Shown in pieces: positions 1 to 10,108 of a stretch of 64,000 nucleotides of DNA. The number at the start of each line of letters is the position of its first letter. Within the stretch, counting starts at the first letter, position 1. The stretch is taken from positions 1,792,001 through 1,856,000 of the forward strand of contig CAWFFN010000009.1 of assembly GCA_963815115.1 (NCBI GenBank), written 5' to 3'. A program made the translations under genes and the position numbers. The notes below the pieces were generated by a model. That model searched no databases. It was not told the DNA's origin and saw only the letters and a list, made by a program, of their open reading frames with translations. The stretch comes from an uncultured delta proteobacterium. Lineage in GTDB: Bacteria > Desulfobacterota > Binatia > DP-6.

Positions 1-1
1 C

Positions 2-715
2 GACCCCAGCGTGGGACACCTCCGTGGCCTCGGGTATTGCGCCTTCGGTGAATGCCGTCTCATCCCGAGGGATTGCAACCCCGCCGATCGCTGTGTGTTC
101 GGCTTGTGCAATCCAGAGACCGACCAGTGCGAGACCTCCCCGGTCGAGTGTGTCGATCCGTCGGACTTCGCGGACCCGCCAGGGTGCTTCGTCGACACGT
201 GCAGCGCCGGCACCGGCATCTGTATCATGGGATGCGTAGTACCCGGCGCGTGCCTTGCTGGGCCTGGCCCGTGCGGGTCGTCGGCTGTCGGCTGTACGTC
301 AAACGCGCAGTGTGACGACCACAATCTCTGCACCAACGATGTCTGCGCTGCTGGGATATGCACGAACAGTGCGATCACCTGCAACGACGGGGACATCTGC
401 ACGATCGACTACTGCAACGATCCGGAGATCGGCTGCCAGAAGAGACCCCAAGACGCAAACTTCTGCGACGACGGTATCGCGTGCACCGAAGACCCCTGCG
501 TCCCATTCCAGGGATGCACCAAGCACATACCGCGGGATGCCCTCTGCCCCGACGACGGCGATCCGTGCACCGCCGGCGTTTGCAACCTCGCCAACGCGGA
601 CACCGGGTGCGAGTACCGGCCGATCTGCAACGACGGGGATGCGTGCACCGTCGACATGTGCGAGCCGACCACGGGCACGTGCTCGCACGAGGTCAAGCAC
701 TGCACCAGACCCTGA
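2..715 (+). CDS. Cysteine-rich repeat protein, C-terminal part (5' truncated by window edge)
   Basis: Frame is open from the window edge; repeated C(D/N)DGxxCTxDxC units resembling Dictyostelium CTDC-type repeats. Confidence 0.8.
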   Translation, partial: DPSVGHLRGLGYCAFGECRLIPRDCNPADRCVFGLCNPETDQCETSPVECVDPSDFADPPGCFVDTCSAGTGICIMGCVVPGACLAGPGPCGSSAVGCTSNAQCDDHNLCTNDVCAAGICTNSAITCNDGDICTIDYCNDPEIGCQKRPQDANFCDDGIACTEDPCVPFQGCTKHIPRDALCPDDGDPCTAGVCNLANADTGCEYRPICNDGDACTVDMCEPTTGTCSHEVKHCTRP

Positions 716-1178
716 ACACCGCGCGATCTGACGGGACCCTGCCGCCCGCCGTTGCTCGTGTCGCGCCGGGCGGCATGGATTCGAGGGGGCGAGCATCGTT
801 CGCACTTCACCCCCGTGCGGCGCGCTCCGGCCGAGCCGCCCGGTCTGCGTAGATCGCGGCGCTCGCGACCGCGACACTGTGCGCATTCGTCGGACCCTCC
901 AGCTGGTAGGCACGACAACGCTCCGTAGGCGGTTTGCCGCTGCCTCGCGCGCCACCGTCCGGCCCCGTCTCGCGGCTGGGCGATACTGAGGGCACGTGGC
1001 CCAGCTCGGCTGCGGGCTGACGGAGCGCGGAAACGTGAAGGCCGGACCGGAAATACCAGAGCACGGTGTCCTGCGTGTTCGGCGGGCAGGCGCCCGCATT
1101 GTGCGGTCTATCTCCACTCGGCCTTGCCCATGGAGGTTCGAGACCGGGACGCCAAGCTCTCGACGACAGACCCCGTCG

Positions 1179-1988
1179 TCAGGTCGGTGACTTCCCGAGC
1201 CACAGGGCCGTCAGCCCCGAGCGGCCGCTGACGCCGAACTTGCGGAACAGATCGGTGATGTAGGTATGCGTCGTCGCGAGCCTGAGCGCGAGCTCGTCCG
1301 CGATCTCCTTCTCGACCCGCTCGGTGAGGAGCAGGCTCACGAGCCGGCGCTCCATCGGCGTCAGCGGCGCCCTCGCGATCAGCAGACCATGGTGCAGCAT
1401 GACGCGGCGATGAAACCACTTGAGCGGCCGCAACGCGTACGCCAGGAGATCGCGATCGGAGGGAGCGAACGGGCGCGTCTTCTCCCCGATGCGGTACCAG
1501 CCGAAGTACGACTCGGCATCCTCGTTGACAGGAGAGGCAATGTAGATCGCGTCGCGGATGTCGCGCGCCCGGTAGAGGAGGTCGTAGTCGGCGGTCGCGA
1601 AGAAACCCGGCGGGGCGAGCTCCCGCAGGAGTCTCGCCCGGAACATGCCGGCCTCGCGCACCTGGGCCAACGTGACGGCGTCCGTGGTCCCGCTGTCGAG
1701 GCGCTGACGCGATAGCTTGTAGATATGCTGGCCTTCCGGAGTCGGGTCCATTTGCCGGATGGCGCGGATGCGCCATCCGGCCATCGGATCGCAGGTCCTC
1801 CCGAGCCGGACGGCTCCGAGCCAGAATGCGTGTTGCACGCCGGCGAGATCGCTCAGGACCTGCATCGCGCGCACCACGGCGGCGTCGGTCTCGTGCGCGC
1901 CGAAGTCGCCCAGCTCGTCCCAGAGCGCGTGGATCCGCGTGGCCACCGGCCGCGGCAGGCCGCTCTCGGACTGCGCGTCAGCGGTCAT
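1179..1988 (-). CDS. LuxR-family helix-turn-helix transcriptional regulator
   Basis: C-terminal LTPMERRLV...EKEIADELAL...TYITDLFRKFGVSGRSGL fits a LuxR HTH; N-terminal GAF-like sensor region. Confidence 0.85.
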   Translation of the reverse strand: MTADAQSESGLPRPVATRIHALWDELGDFGAHETDAAVVRAMQVLSDLAGVQHAFWLGAVRLGRTCDPMAGWRIRAIRQMDPTPEGQHIYKLSRQRLDSGTTDAVTLAQVREAGMFRARLLRELAPPGFFATADYDLLYRARDIRDAIYIASPVNEDAESYFGWYRIGEKTRPFAPSDRDLLAYALRPLKWFHRRVMLHHGLLIARAPLTPMERRLVSLLLTERVEKEIADELALRLATTHTYITDLFRKFGVSGRSGLTALWLGKSPT

Positions 1989-2099
1989 CTGATCAAGGTG
2001 TTTCCATCTCCCTCAGGAGGAGGTTTCACGCAGACCTTCCTTACTTGGTAGAACGGGCGTTCTGGCCCGTTGCAGCGGCTCCGTCTTCCCGCCCAGGTG

Positions 2100-2770
2100 G
2101 TGCACCCGTCCACGTCGACTACTTCATCTGGCGCATGGAAGATACGTGGGCGTTCGGGTCTATCTGCGCGGGCGCACCAGGGACGGTGGTGCTATGGGAA
2201 GACGCCGATGCAGACCTTCCTGGACAGCGTGCCGCCGGCGAAGATCGTCCACGTGCGCTTCTACGGCCAGGAGGTCGACAACACCGGGACGTTCGTTCCG
2301 GGCAGCGAGAGCTTCCTGATCGACGAGGTGACGCGGGGCCCCATCCCTGGGTTCCACAGCTCCGATGAGTGCAATGATGACGCCATTGGTGGCTCCGGGC
2401 AGAACTGGGAGTATGCCACGGCGCACACCGCCTCCCGCGGCGAGAAAGTCGTGCTCAACTCCGACGGCACCCTCGGGCCGCTCCAGACCGAGCAGCTTTG
2501 CTACCTCAACGGCGTCGCCGCCCAGGTAGGCTGCTGTCAGTAGCGAGGACGATGAAGCGATAACGAAGCGAGACGAGCGCGAGTGGAGGGAAGAGTCTAG
2601 CGAGAACAACTGCGTCCCTTTGTGACTCGGAGGGTTGGCCACGGTCCCGACACCCCTCAGGTCGGCGAGCGTCGCTTGCCGGCCTGCACCTTCTTCACGA
2701 GCGACGGATTCGCTATCGGGTCGATCTGCCACATCGACCAGAACCACGGCGCAGTCGGAGGGAACCCACG
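2100..2770 (+). pseudogene. Fragmented gene of unknown family (largest piece in ORF 2070..2543)
   Basis: Protein-like sequence continues across successive frames (HVDYFIWRMEDTWAFGSIC / KIVHVRFYGQEVDNTG / TFFTSDGFAIGSICHID); no clear start. Confidence 0.35.
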
Positions 2771-2808
2771 ACGCTGGCGGGCTTCCCGTAGCCGGTGCGC
2801 GACCCCGC

Positions 2809-3942
2809 TCAGAGGCCCATGTGGCCGAGCAGGCGCTGCACCAGCCACAGGATCACCGGTAGCACCAGCGTCGTGATGAAGCCGGTCATCGTGGACGCGT
2901 CCCACGGCCAGATCGAGATGCGCGCTAGTGCCTCGCGCTCCGTCGCCACCGACGACAGCTGATCGTTCAGCTTGTCGGCATCTGCCAGGGCCCCTTCGTC
3001 GACTCGGCGGTGAAGCTGTGCGAGGACGCCCTCGAAGCGGGCGCCCGCCTCCGCGAGCAGGCGGTCCTTCTCGGCGGCGAGCCTGCGATGCATGCCGTAC
3101 AGCGGCACGATGAAGCACGCCACCGCCGTCGGCACCATGGCGACGATCAGCAGCTTCAGGACCGGCGTCTCGCGGACGACGTCCGGCCGGATGGCAGCGA
3201 TGTAGTAGGCGAGCAGGAGGAAGCTCGCGCCGGTGCGCGCGGCGAGGCCGGAAAAGGCGTAGAGCGCCTTCACGCGAAAGGGGCTGATCTTCTCGACCAG
3301 CCCGTGGATGACGTTCACCATCCAGAGCTGCCGGATCGCTTGCGCCGTGCTGATGGCCACGACCGCCATCGTGAGCAGCGCGACTGGCGCCAGTACGATC
3401 GCGCTCACCCCGCGCGACGACCCGAATTGCTCGATGATCCAGTCCGGGAGGAGCAGGGCGTTGACGACGTAGGAGACGACCGCGAAGACGGTGACGATCC
3501 ACGTGGTCCGGGGTGGCAGAGTGGTCAGCTCGTAGCGGAGACGCTGGAACTCCGGGTCGCTCAACGGGAGCACCGGGCGAAACGCGTCCATCGCGGTTCC
3601 TGCCACCCGGTCGAGGTAGAAGCGCACCCAGAGGAGGTAGGGAGCGATCACGACGACGAAGGTGTGTCGCAGGTCGAACGTCCCGACCGGCAGCGTGCCA
3701 TTCCACCACAGCGCGACCGTCACCCAGGTGGCCTGGAATGCCAGCAGCCCGAGCGCGTAGAGCCCATTCGCTCCCGGCAAGCCGTCGATCCGATCGACCA
3801 GGCGGTCGAGCCACCCGGGCTCGTAGGGCCGCTCCGGCACGCTCCTGAATCCCCGCTCGACCGCGGCGGGCCTCGTCGGTTGCTCGCTCGTCCTGGAGTC
3901 CGATGCGGAAGCGACATGTCTTCCGATCGGCGGCGTGGCCAT
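2809..3942 (-). CDS. Uncharacterised polytopic membrane protein
   Basis: About 7 hydrophobic segments; C-terminal IWPWDAST motif before the last helix. Confidence 0.8.
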   Translation of the reverse strand: MATPPIGRHVASASDSRTSEQPTRPAAVERGFRSVPERPYEPGWLDRLVDRIDGLPGANGLYALGLLAFQATWVTVALWWNGTLPVGTFDLRHTFVVVIAPYLLWVRFYLDRVAGTAMDAFRPVLPLSDPEFQRLRYELTTLPPRTTWIVTVFAVVSYVVNALLLPDWIIEQFGSSRGVSAIVLAPVALLTMAVVAISTAQAIRQLWMVNVIHGLVEKISPFRVKALYAFSGLAARTGASFLLLAYYIAAIRPDVVRETPVLKLLIVAMVPTAVACFIVPLYGMHRRLAAEKDRLLAEAGARFEGVLAQLHRRVDEGALADADKLNDQLSSVATEREALARISIWPWDASTMTGFITTLVLPVILWLVQRLLGHMGL

Positions 3943-4001
3943 CGGGTGCGCTTGTAGGGTGCCGCGTCGGACGCGGTCAAGCTAGGACCGTCGCGGCAGG
4001 C

Positions 4002-4330
4002 TCACAGCGTCCAGTGTCTGAGCGCGTTCGTCTCGCGGCGCAGCTCGTTGCGCACGTCCGGGTGGGCGATCGAGATGAGCGCCTCGGCGCGTCGGCGAAG
4101 GCTCAGCCCGTGCAAATTGACGACGCCGTACTCCGTCACCACGTAGTGCACGTGGCCGCGCGTCGTCACCACGCCGGCGCCCGGCTTGCGAACCGAGACG
4201 ATCCGCGACACGCGACCGGAGGACGCCGTGGACGGCAGCGCAATGATCGGCTTGCCGCCCTCGGACAGCGCGGCGCCTGCGAATGAAGTCCATCTGTCCG
4301 CCGATGCCGGGGTAGATCCGGTGACTCTTT
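4002..4330 (-). pseudogene. Acetyl-CoA hydrolase/transferase C-terminal remnant
   Basis: GIGGQMDFIR, +1 frameshift near 4278, then GAALSEGGKPIIALPSTA...GAGVVTTRGHVHYVVTEYGVVNLHG...RAEALISIAHPD; N-terminal part missing. Confidence 0.85.
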
Positions 4331-4579
4331 ACGGAAGGGCGGCGGGATGGCTGGTAGGGACGAAGGGCGAATACCCCTTTTGAGGCACCTACCTGCACCA
4401 ACGGCAGTCTGATCGGGGATGCGCACATCGAGCTATTCAAGCGATACCCCATGGCGGTGATGCGCCACTTGCCCACGACGCTCGAAGGTCGGCGGTGCGC
4501 TCTGACGCGGGCGAGGCCGTCCGCGGTGTGGCACTCTCCGGCGTGGGCCGGTGGATCCGGCCGCCGATCGGAGGACGAG

Positions 4580-5239
4580 ATGATCACGCTCTATGGCTTC
4601 GGACGTATCTTTCGAGAGGCGCACGGAGAGACGAAGGACCTCCGGGCGCAGTGGGCGCTCGAGGAGACCGGCCTGCCGTATCGCGTCCACGCGCTCGACC
4701 ACACCGGCGGCGAGCTCGCCGGCGAAGCCTTCAGCCGGATCAGCCCGTTCCATCAGGCGCCGGTCATCGACGACGACGGCTTCGTCGTGTCCGAGTCGGC
4801 GGCGGTGGTGCTCTATCTGGCCGAGAAGGCCGGCAAGCTGATCCCGCGCGACTTCCAGGGCCGCACCCGCGTCGTCCAGTGGTGCTTCGCCGCGGTCAGC
4901 ACCGTCGAGCCGACGCTGGTGTGCATCGACCTCATCGAGATTTTCGACAGCGGCAAGGCCGCCCACAAGGTCAAGGCGGAGGTGCGCAAGATCGCCGGCC
5001 GCTGGCTCGGTGACGTCGAGCGCCGCCTCGAAGACCGCGAGTGGATCGCCTGCGCCGATTTCACGGTGGCCGACATCATCATGGCCTGCGTCCTGCGCGG
5101 CATCCGCAAGACCGACTTGATGGAGCCGTATCCGCGGATCAAGGCCTATTACGAGCGGACCCAGGCCCGCCCGGCCTGGCAGCGCACGCTCGGCCTCTAC
5201 GCCGAGCGAGTCGGCGTGAGCGTCGACGACATCCGATAG
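4580..5239 (+). CDS. Glutathione S-transferase family protein
   Basis: GGAGG RBS; WALEETGLPY, SPFHQAPVIDD, SESAAVVLYLAEK, FTVADI motifs. Confidence 0.93.
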   Translation: MITLYGFGRIFREAHGETKDLRAQWALEETGLPYRVHALDHTGGELAGEAFSRISPFHQAPVIDDDGFVVSESAAVVLYLAEKAGKLIPRDFQGRTRVVQWCFAAVSTVEPTLVCIDLIEIFDSGKAAHKVKAEVRKIAGRWLGDVERRLEDREWIACADFTVADIIMACVLRGIRKTDLMEPYPRIKAYYERTQARPAWQRTLGLYAERVGVSVDDIR

Positions 5240-5311
5240 CGCCGGATGCGAACCCTCGCCCCGATGCTACCCTGCGCGGCCCGGTACGACCAGGGTGTAT
5301 GGCCGTCGGGT

Positions 5312-5536
5312 CTAGGGCAGGTCGCAGGGTCCGGTGGGCTGCCCTGCGGCGTCCACTGCGTGGCGCCCGAGGTGCCAGCGCCGGTTGCACTGCGGGCAGT
5401 GCGACATCTGGCGGCAGCCGCACTCGCATTTCTGGGTGCCATGCGGCGTGGTGTACGTGCACCGCCAGTGCTCACCCTGCGTGCGGCACGCCTCGCACAT
5501 CGGCATACGCGTCGGGATGGCTGTCGCGGTCTGCAT
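5312..5536 (-). CDS. Possible small Cys/His-rich protein
   Basis: 74 aa with CEAC, CECGC and CPQC motifs; no clear RBS. Confidence 0.3.
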   Translation of the reverse strand: MQTATAIPTRMPMCEACRTQGEHWRCTYTTPHGTQKCECGCRQMSHCPQCNRRWHLGRHAVDAAGQPTGPCDLP

Positions 5537-5639
5537 CAGGTCGTCTACATGAGTGACGTGCGGTGGGGGACACCTGGGTCTTGCTGGCCTTGCGATGCGA
5601 CAAGGCCGAGGCGGCCAGTGACGCGAAGCACACTGGCGA

Positions 5640-5870
5640 AGTCACGCACGACCCCTGCTCGCCGTGCTCTTCCGTTCCGGGCTCCGTGTCTCGGAGGCGC
5701 TGGCGCTCTTCCCCGAAGACCTCGACGCCGCTGGCGGCTCGCTCCGTGTGCTGCACTTACTCGGGCACTCCTCGCTGGCGAACGACCGCCACCTACGTCT
5801 CGCACATCGCACCGACAAAGGCGGTCGCCGAGGCGAACCGCCGGACGGCGCACCTGGCGGTGCAGCCGTG
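5640..5870 (+). pseudogene. Tyrosine recombinase/integrase remnant with internal deletion
   Basis: Box I LFRSGLRVSEALAL is joined after about 14 aa to box II HLLGHSSLA(frameshift)TTATYVSH; HxxR region absent. Confidence 0.8.
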
Positions 5871-6000
5871 AAGTGGCCGAGCAGTTCATCCCCCACCTGC
5901 CCGACCTGTCCACGACCGAGCTAGAGCTGATATCAAGAGAGGGGATGGGTGACCTCCACTTGCCGGGGCGCTACCGCGGGACCCCCCAGGAGGCGTGACC

Positions 6001-6648
6001 ATGGAGCAGCAGCCCTACATCCCGGCCCTCGGATTCGACTGGCTGACGCGCTTCTACGACCCTGTGCTGCGAGCCACCCTGCGAGAGGAGACGTTCAAGC
6101 GCCTTCTCATCGAGCAGGCACGCATTCAGCCAGGGCACAACGTGCTCGACCTCGGGTGCGGCACGGCGACATTGACGATCATGGTCAAGCAGCGCTGCCC
6201 TGGGGCGAGCGTCGTCGGGCTCGATGGCGACCCGAAGGTGCTCACCCTCGCCCACGCGAAGGTGGCGACAGCGGGCGTCGACGTGGACCTGCGCCAGGGG
6301 ATGGCGTTCGCGCCGCCCTTCGCTCCGGCATCGTTCGATCGCGTGATCTCCAGTCTCGTGCTCCACCACCTGACGACCGAGCAGAAGCGGCTGACGCTTG
6401 CCTCGGTGCGCGCGCTGCTGCGGCCCGGCGGCGAGCTGCACGTCGCGGATTGGGGGCGGCCGCACAACGCCCTGATGCGCATTGCGTCACTCAGCATTCG
6501 GTTGCTCGACGGCTACGCGACGACCGTCGACAACCTGAACGGGCGGCTCATCGCGCTGATGGGGGAAGCCGGGTTCCGCGAGCCGCGCGAAACGCACCAG
6601 GAGATGACAATGTTCGGCACGCTGTCGCTCTATCGCGCCGTGGCATAG
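6001..6648 (+). CDS. Class I SAM-dependent methyltransferase
   Basis: VLDLGCGTA motif I, FDRVISSLVLHHL, LRPGGEL; AGGAGG RBS. Confidence 0.93.
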   Translation: MEQQPYIPALGFDWLTRFYDPVLRATLREETFKRLLIEQARIQPGHNVLDLGCGTATLTIMVKQRCPGASVVGLDGDPKVLTLAHAKVATAGVDVDLRQGMAFAPPFAPASFDRVISSLVLHHLTTEQKRLTLASVRALLRPGGELHVADWGRPHNALMRIASLSIRLLDGYATTVDNLNGRLIALMGEAGFREPRETHQEMTMFGTLSLYRAVA

Positions 6649-6804
6649 GGCCGGACCTCGGCCGTTGAACTCACCGGCGCTCGGGCCGCCGGTCGCCGCG
6701 AGCGTCGGGATGGCGTCCGGGCCCGGCTCTGGTGGATTGACGCTCGCATCCCATCGGCTGTAGGGAGGCGCCGGCCGGGAAGGATTTGAGGAAGGGGTTG
6801 GGCA

Positions 6805-7053
6805 ATGGAGAGACGCCGAACGATGATCGCGTGTACTGCCCTGGTCTGGCTGCTGGTCATGGCGCGGCCGGCTCGGGCCTACCTCGACCCCAGCACGGGC
6901 GGCATGATCGTGTCGGCGCTCGTCGGGTTGCTCGCCAGCCTGGGCCTCGCGCTCAAGACCTACTGGTACCGCGTGCGCGCGCTCCTTCGTCGCAGAGATC
7001 GCCGGGTGCAGGACGGGGAACTCGTCGACGGTGACGTCGGCGCCCGGCATTGA
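6805..7053 (+). CDS. Small single-pass membrane protein with signal peptide and YLDPxTG motif
   Basis: Signal peptide ending ARA, then YLDPSTGG, a TM helix and a basic tail; purine-rich RBS; overlaps the next gene. Confidence 0.8.
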   Translation: MERRRTMIACTALVWLLVMARPARAYLDPSTGGMIVSALVGLLASLGLALKTYWYRVRALLRRRDRRVQDGELVDGDVGARH

Positions 7054-8269
7054 GCAGGAGCCTGTCTCTCGGCAGCACGGGGGAACGACTCGGCGATGGC
7101 CGGGGACGTTTTTCGAGTGCTGGTCACAGTATCGGGCCTTCCGGCGGCTCCCACGCAGCGGCCGCCGGATCGTCTTCTATGCCGAGAGCAGCCAGGACTG
7201 GCACCACTGGCGAGACCTCATCAGGCATCTGACCATCGAGCTGGGCGAGACGATCTGCTACGTGTCGTCGGACCCGGACGATCCCGGCTTGCACCAGGGG
7301 TCTCCGCGGATCAGCCCGTTCTGCATCGGCCGTGGTCTGTGGCGCATCTGGTTCTTCCAGTGGCTCGACGCGGACGTCCTCGTCACCCAGCTCCTCGACC
7401 TCGACAACCTCGAACTCAAGCGCTCCATCCATCCCGTGCACTATGTCTACGTCTTCCACTCCCTGGTCAGCACGCACATGGCTGATCGCGCAGACTCGTT
7501 CGACCACTACGACACCATCCTCTGCGCCGGACCCCACCAGATGCGCGAGATCCGCAAGCGCGAGGAGCTGCACGATCTGGCACCCAAGCAACTCATCCAG
7601 CACGGCTACGCCAGGCTGGAGGACCTGATGGCCGCCCGGCGGGCGCCCGCGATCGCTGCCGATGCTGGTATGCATGTCCTGGTTGCGCCGTCTTGGGGAG
7701 CGCACACGATTCTGCCGACCTGCGGTCCGGAGCTCACCGGCATCCTGCTGGACGCCGGGTTCCGCGTGACGCTGCGACCACACTTCCAGACCCGCTGGGC
7801 GACCCCCGAGGTCATCGACCGCGTCGCCGACCGGTACCGGGGGCATCCGCGGTTCGCGCTCGTGGAGGAGATGGGCGAGCGTGATTCACTCTTCGACGCG
7901 CACGCCATGGTGACGGATTGGTCGGGCGCCGGACTGGACTTCGGGCTGGGCCTGGAGAAGCCGGTGCTGTTCATCGACGTGCCGCCCAAGGCGCGGAACG
8001 ACTCCTGGCACGAGCTGGGTATCGAGCCGTTCGAGAGGTCCGTGCGCGACAAGATCGGCGCGATCCTGCGACCGGACCGCCTCACCGAGGCGCCCGACCT
8101 CATCCGACGACTCGTCCGCGACCTCTTCCGATTCCGTTGCGAGGTAGGCCCTCTACGCGACGAGGGCGTTTTCAACCTCGGTCACAGCGGGGCGGCGGGC
8201 AGCGAGGCGATCGCCCGCGTGGCGCGCGCGGTCACCGCCAGCGGCGGTGACCGCCCCTGCCGACGCTAG
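7031..8269 (+). CDS. CDP-glycerol glycerophosphotransferase-like (TagF/TagB GT-B fold) protein
   Basis: YVFHSLVS, GYARLE, VLVAPSWG, LRPHFQ, MVTDWSG, KPVLFID motifs. Confidence 0.8.
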   Translation: MTSAPGIEQEPVSRQHGGTTRRWPGTFFECWSQYRAFRRLPRSGRRIVFYAESSQDWHHWRDLIRHLTIELGETICYVSSDPDDPGLHQGSPRISPFCIGRGLWRIWFFQWLDADVLVTQLLDLDNLELKRSIHPVHYVYVFHSLVSTHMADRADSFDHYDTILCAGPHQMREIRKREELHDLAPKQLIQHGYARLEDLMAARRAPAIAADAGMHVLVAPSWGAHTILPTCGPELTGILLDAGFRVTLRPHFQTRWATPEVIDRVADRYRGHPRFALVEEMGERDSLFDAHAMVTDWSGAGLDFGLGLEKPVLFIDVPPKARNDSWHELGIEPFERSVRDKIGAILRPDRLTEAPDLIRRLVRDLFRFRCEVGPLRDEGVFNLGHSGAAGSEAIARVARAVTASGGDRPCRR

Positions 8270-8278
8270 GCACGGCGG

Positions 8279-10108
8279 GTGACGGACTACGGGACGATGG
8301 ACGTGACGACGACATCGCGCCCGGCCGCCGGGAAGCGCCGCGACCTGCTGCGCTGGCTCGCCTGGTTCACCGCGGCGAACGCAGCGTGTGCAGGCCTGAT
8401 CTGCGCGCGGTATCTCTGGCTGTACGACTGGCCGGACGATGCGATTGGCGTCGGCTATGCGCTGCTGGCCTTCGTCGGCCAGTCGGCGTTGCTGGCGCTC
8501 GTGTGGGTGTTCCTCCCCGCCGCGACGCTAGCCGTCACCTGGCCGAATCGCCGCGCGGTGGTAGCGCTGGCGGTGTCGACGGGGGCGGCGCTGCTCACGT
8601 ACCTGTTCGTGGATGCGAACGTCTTCGCGCAGTATCGCTACCACCTCGATGTCCTGACGGCGGCGCTCTTCGAGAGGTTCACCTGGGTGGCGGTGGGCGT
8701 GCAGCTCCTGATCCTGCTGGTGTTCGAGAGCCTGCTGGCGCGGGGCCTCGGCCGCTCGTCGGCGCGGCGGCTGGTTCCGGTGGCGGTCGGACGCTGGCTG
8801 ATCGCGGGCCTTGTCGCCTGCTGGCTCATGGCCCAGGGCATTCACATGTGGGCGGACGCCGTGGGGTATGTCCCGGTCACGCAATTCACCCGCTACCTGC
8901 CGATCTACTACCCGCTGCAGAGCAAGCGGCGCCTCGTCAGTCTGGGACTGATCGAACCGAAGCTCCTAGCCGAGCAGGCGAACGTGCCGAGCTTGGATAT
9001 CACGCGCGGGATGCTGCGCTATCCGCTGTCACCGCTGTCCTGTCGCGACGACGCGGCGCCGCTCAACCTGATGGTGATCCTGATCGACGCGCTGCGGCCC
9101 GACGCAGTCCACCCGGAGCTGACGCCGGCACTCGTCGACCTGTCACGCGAAAGTCTGGTCTTCCGGAATCACTGGAGCGGAGGCAACTCGTCGCGCATGG
9201 GTATCTTCTCCCTGGCGTACGGTCTGCCGAGCACCTACTGGATGGAGTTCGACGGTGAACAGCGGCCCCCGCTCCTGATGGACGAGCTGCGGGCGCGCCA
9301 CTACGCTTTTGTGCTCGCGAGCGCCCCGGGGTTCGGCAGTCCTGCGGAGCTCGAACGCTCGGTGTTCGCGAGTATTCCCGGCCTCCCGTCGGAGCGCGAG
9401 GGCAATGGAATCCAGCGGAACGCCGCCGTGACGGGCGACTGGCTCGACTGGCTCGGACACGCAGAGCGCCGGGAGCCGTTCTTCGCCTTTCTCTACTACG
9501 ATCCGCCGCTCCAGAACATGGACGGCCGGGGACTCGAGCCCTTGGCGCTCGACGACCGCTATCCGGCGGCGGTCGCCCGGGTCTGGCGGCAATACCGACT
9601 CGCCGCCCGCTTCGTCGATCGTCAGGTCGCGGAGGTGATCGAGTCGTTGCATGCGAGCGGCCTGTGGGATCGCACGGTGGTGGTCGTGACCAGCGACCAC
9701 GGGTTCGAGTTCGACGACAGCGGGCTCGGCTACGTCGGTCACGCGACGGCGTTCACCCCGCATCAGCTTCGTGTGCCGCTCATCGTACACTGGCCGGGCA
9801 AATCTCCGCAGGAGTTCACCCACCGCACGTCCCACCATGACCTGCCCCCGACGCTGCTCGCCGAGCTCTTCGGCTGCACCACCCCGCCGAGCGAGTACAG
9901 CGTCGGGCGCAACCTGTTCGCAGAACAGGATTGGCCTTGGCTGATCGCAGGCAGCTACGCCGCCTATGCCATCGTCACCCCCGACACGACCATGGTGTCT
10001 CAGGGCGGGCTGGTGGAGCTACGCGACTCGCAGTACCGCATGCGTGGTCATCTCGACGCCGGCGTCGTGCGCGATGCGCTGGAGGCGATGAGTCGCTTCT
10101 ACCGATGA
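8279..10108 (+). CDS. YejM/PbgA-like inner membrane protein (DUF3413 + sulfatase/alkaline phosphatase fold)
   Basis: Five TM helices (LRWLAWFTAAN..., FVDANVFAQYRYHL), YYPLQSKRR, LIDALR, SGGNSSRMGIFSLAYG, TSDHG; alternative start 8297. Confidence 0.88.
   Translation: MTDYGTMDVTTTSRPAAGKRRDLLRWLAWFTAANAACAGLICARYLWLYDWPDDAIGVGYALLAFVGQSALLALVWVFLPAATLAVTWPNRRAVVALAVSTGAALLTYLFVDANVFAQYRYHLDVLTAALFERFTWVAVGVQLLILLVFESLLARGLGRSSARRLVPVAVGRWLIAGLVACWLMAQGIHMWADAVGYVPVTQFTRYLPIYYPLQSKRRLVSLGLIEPKLLAEQANVPSLDITRGMLRYPLSPLSCRDDAAPLNLMVILIDALRPDAVHPELTPALVDLSRESLVFRNHWSGGNSSRMGIFSLAYGLPSTYWMEFDGEQRPPLLMDELRARHYAFVLASAPGFGSPAELERSVFASIPGLPSEREGNGIQRNAAVTGDWLDWLGHAERREPFFAFLYYDPPLQNMDGRGLEPLALDDRYPAAVARVWRQYRLAARFVDRQVAEVIESLHASGLWDRTVVVVTSDHGFEFDDSGLGYVGHATAFTPHQLRVPLIVHWPGKSPQEFTHRTSHHDLPPTLLAELFGCTTPPSEYSVGRNLFAEQDWPWLIAGSYAAYAIVTPDTTMVSQGGLVELRDSQYRMRGHLDAGVVRDALEAMSRFYR

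Noticed and set aside
1125-1160. GGTTCGAGACC as a tRNA T-arm
   Set aside because: I could not build a cloverleaf or acceptor stem around it.
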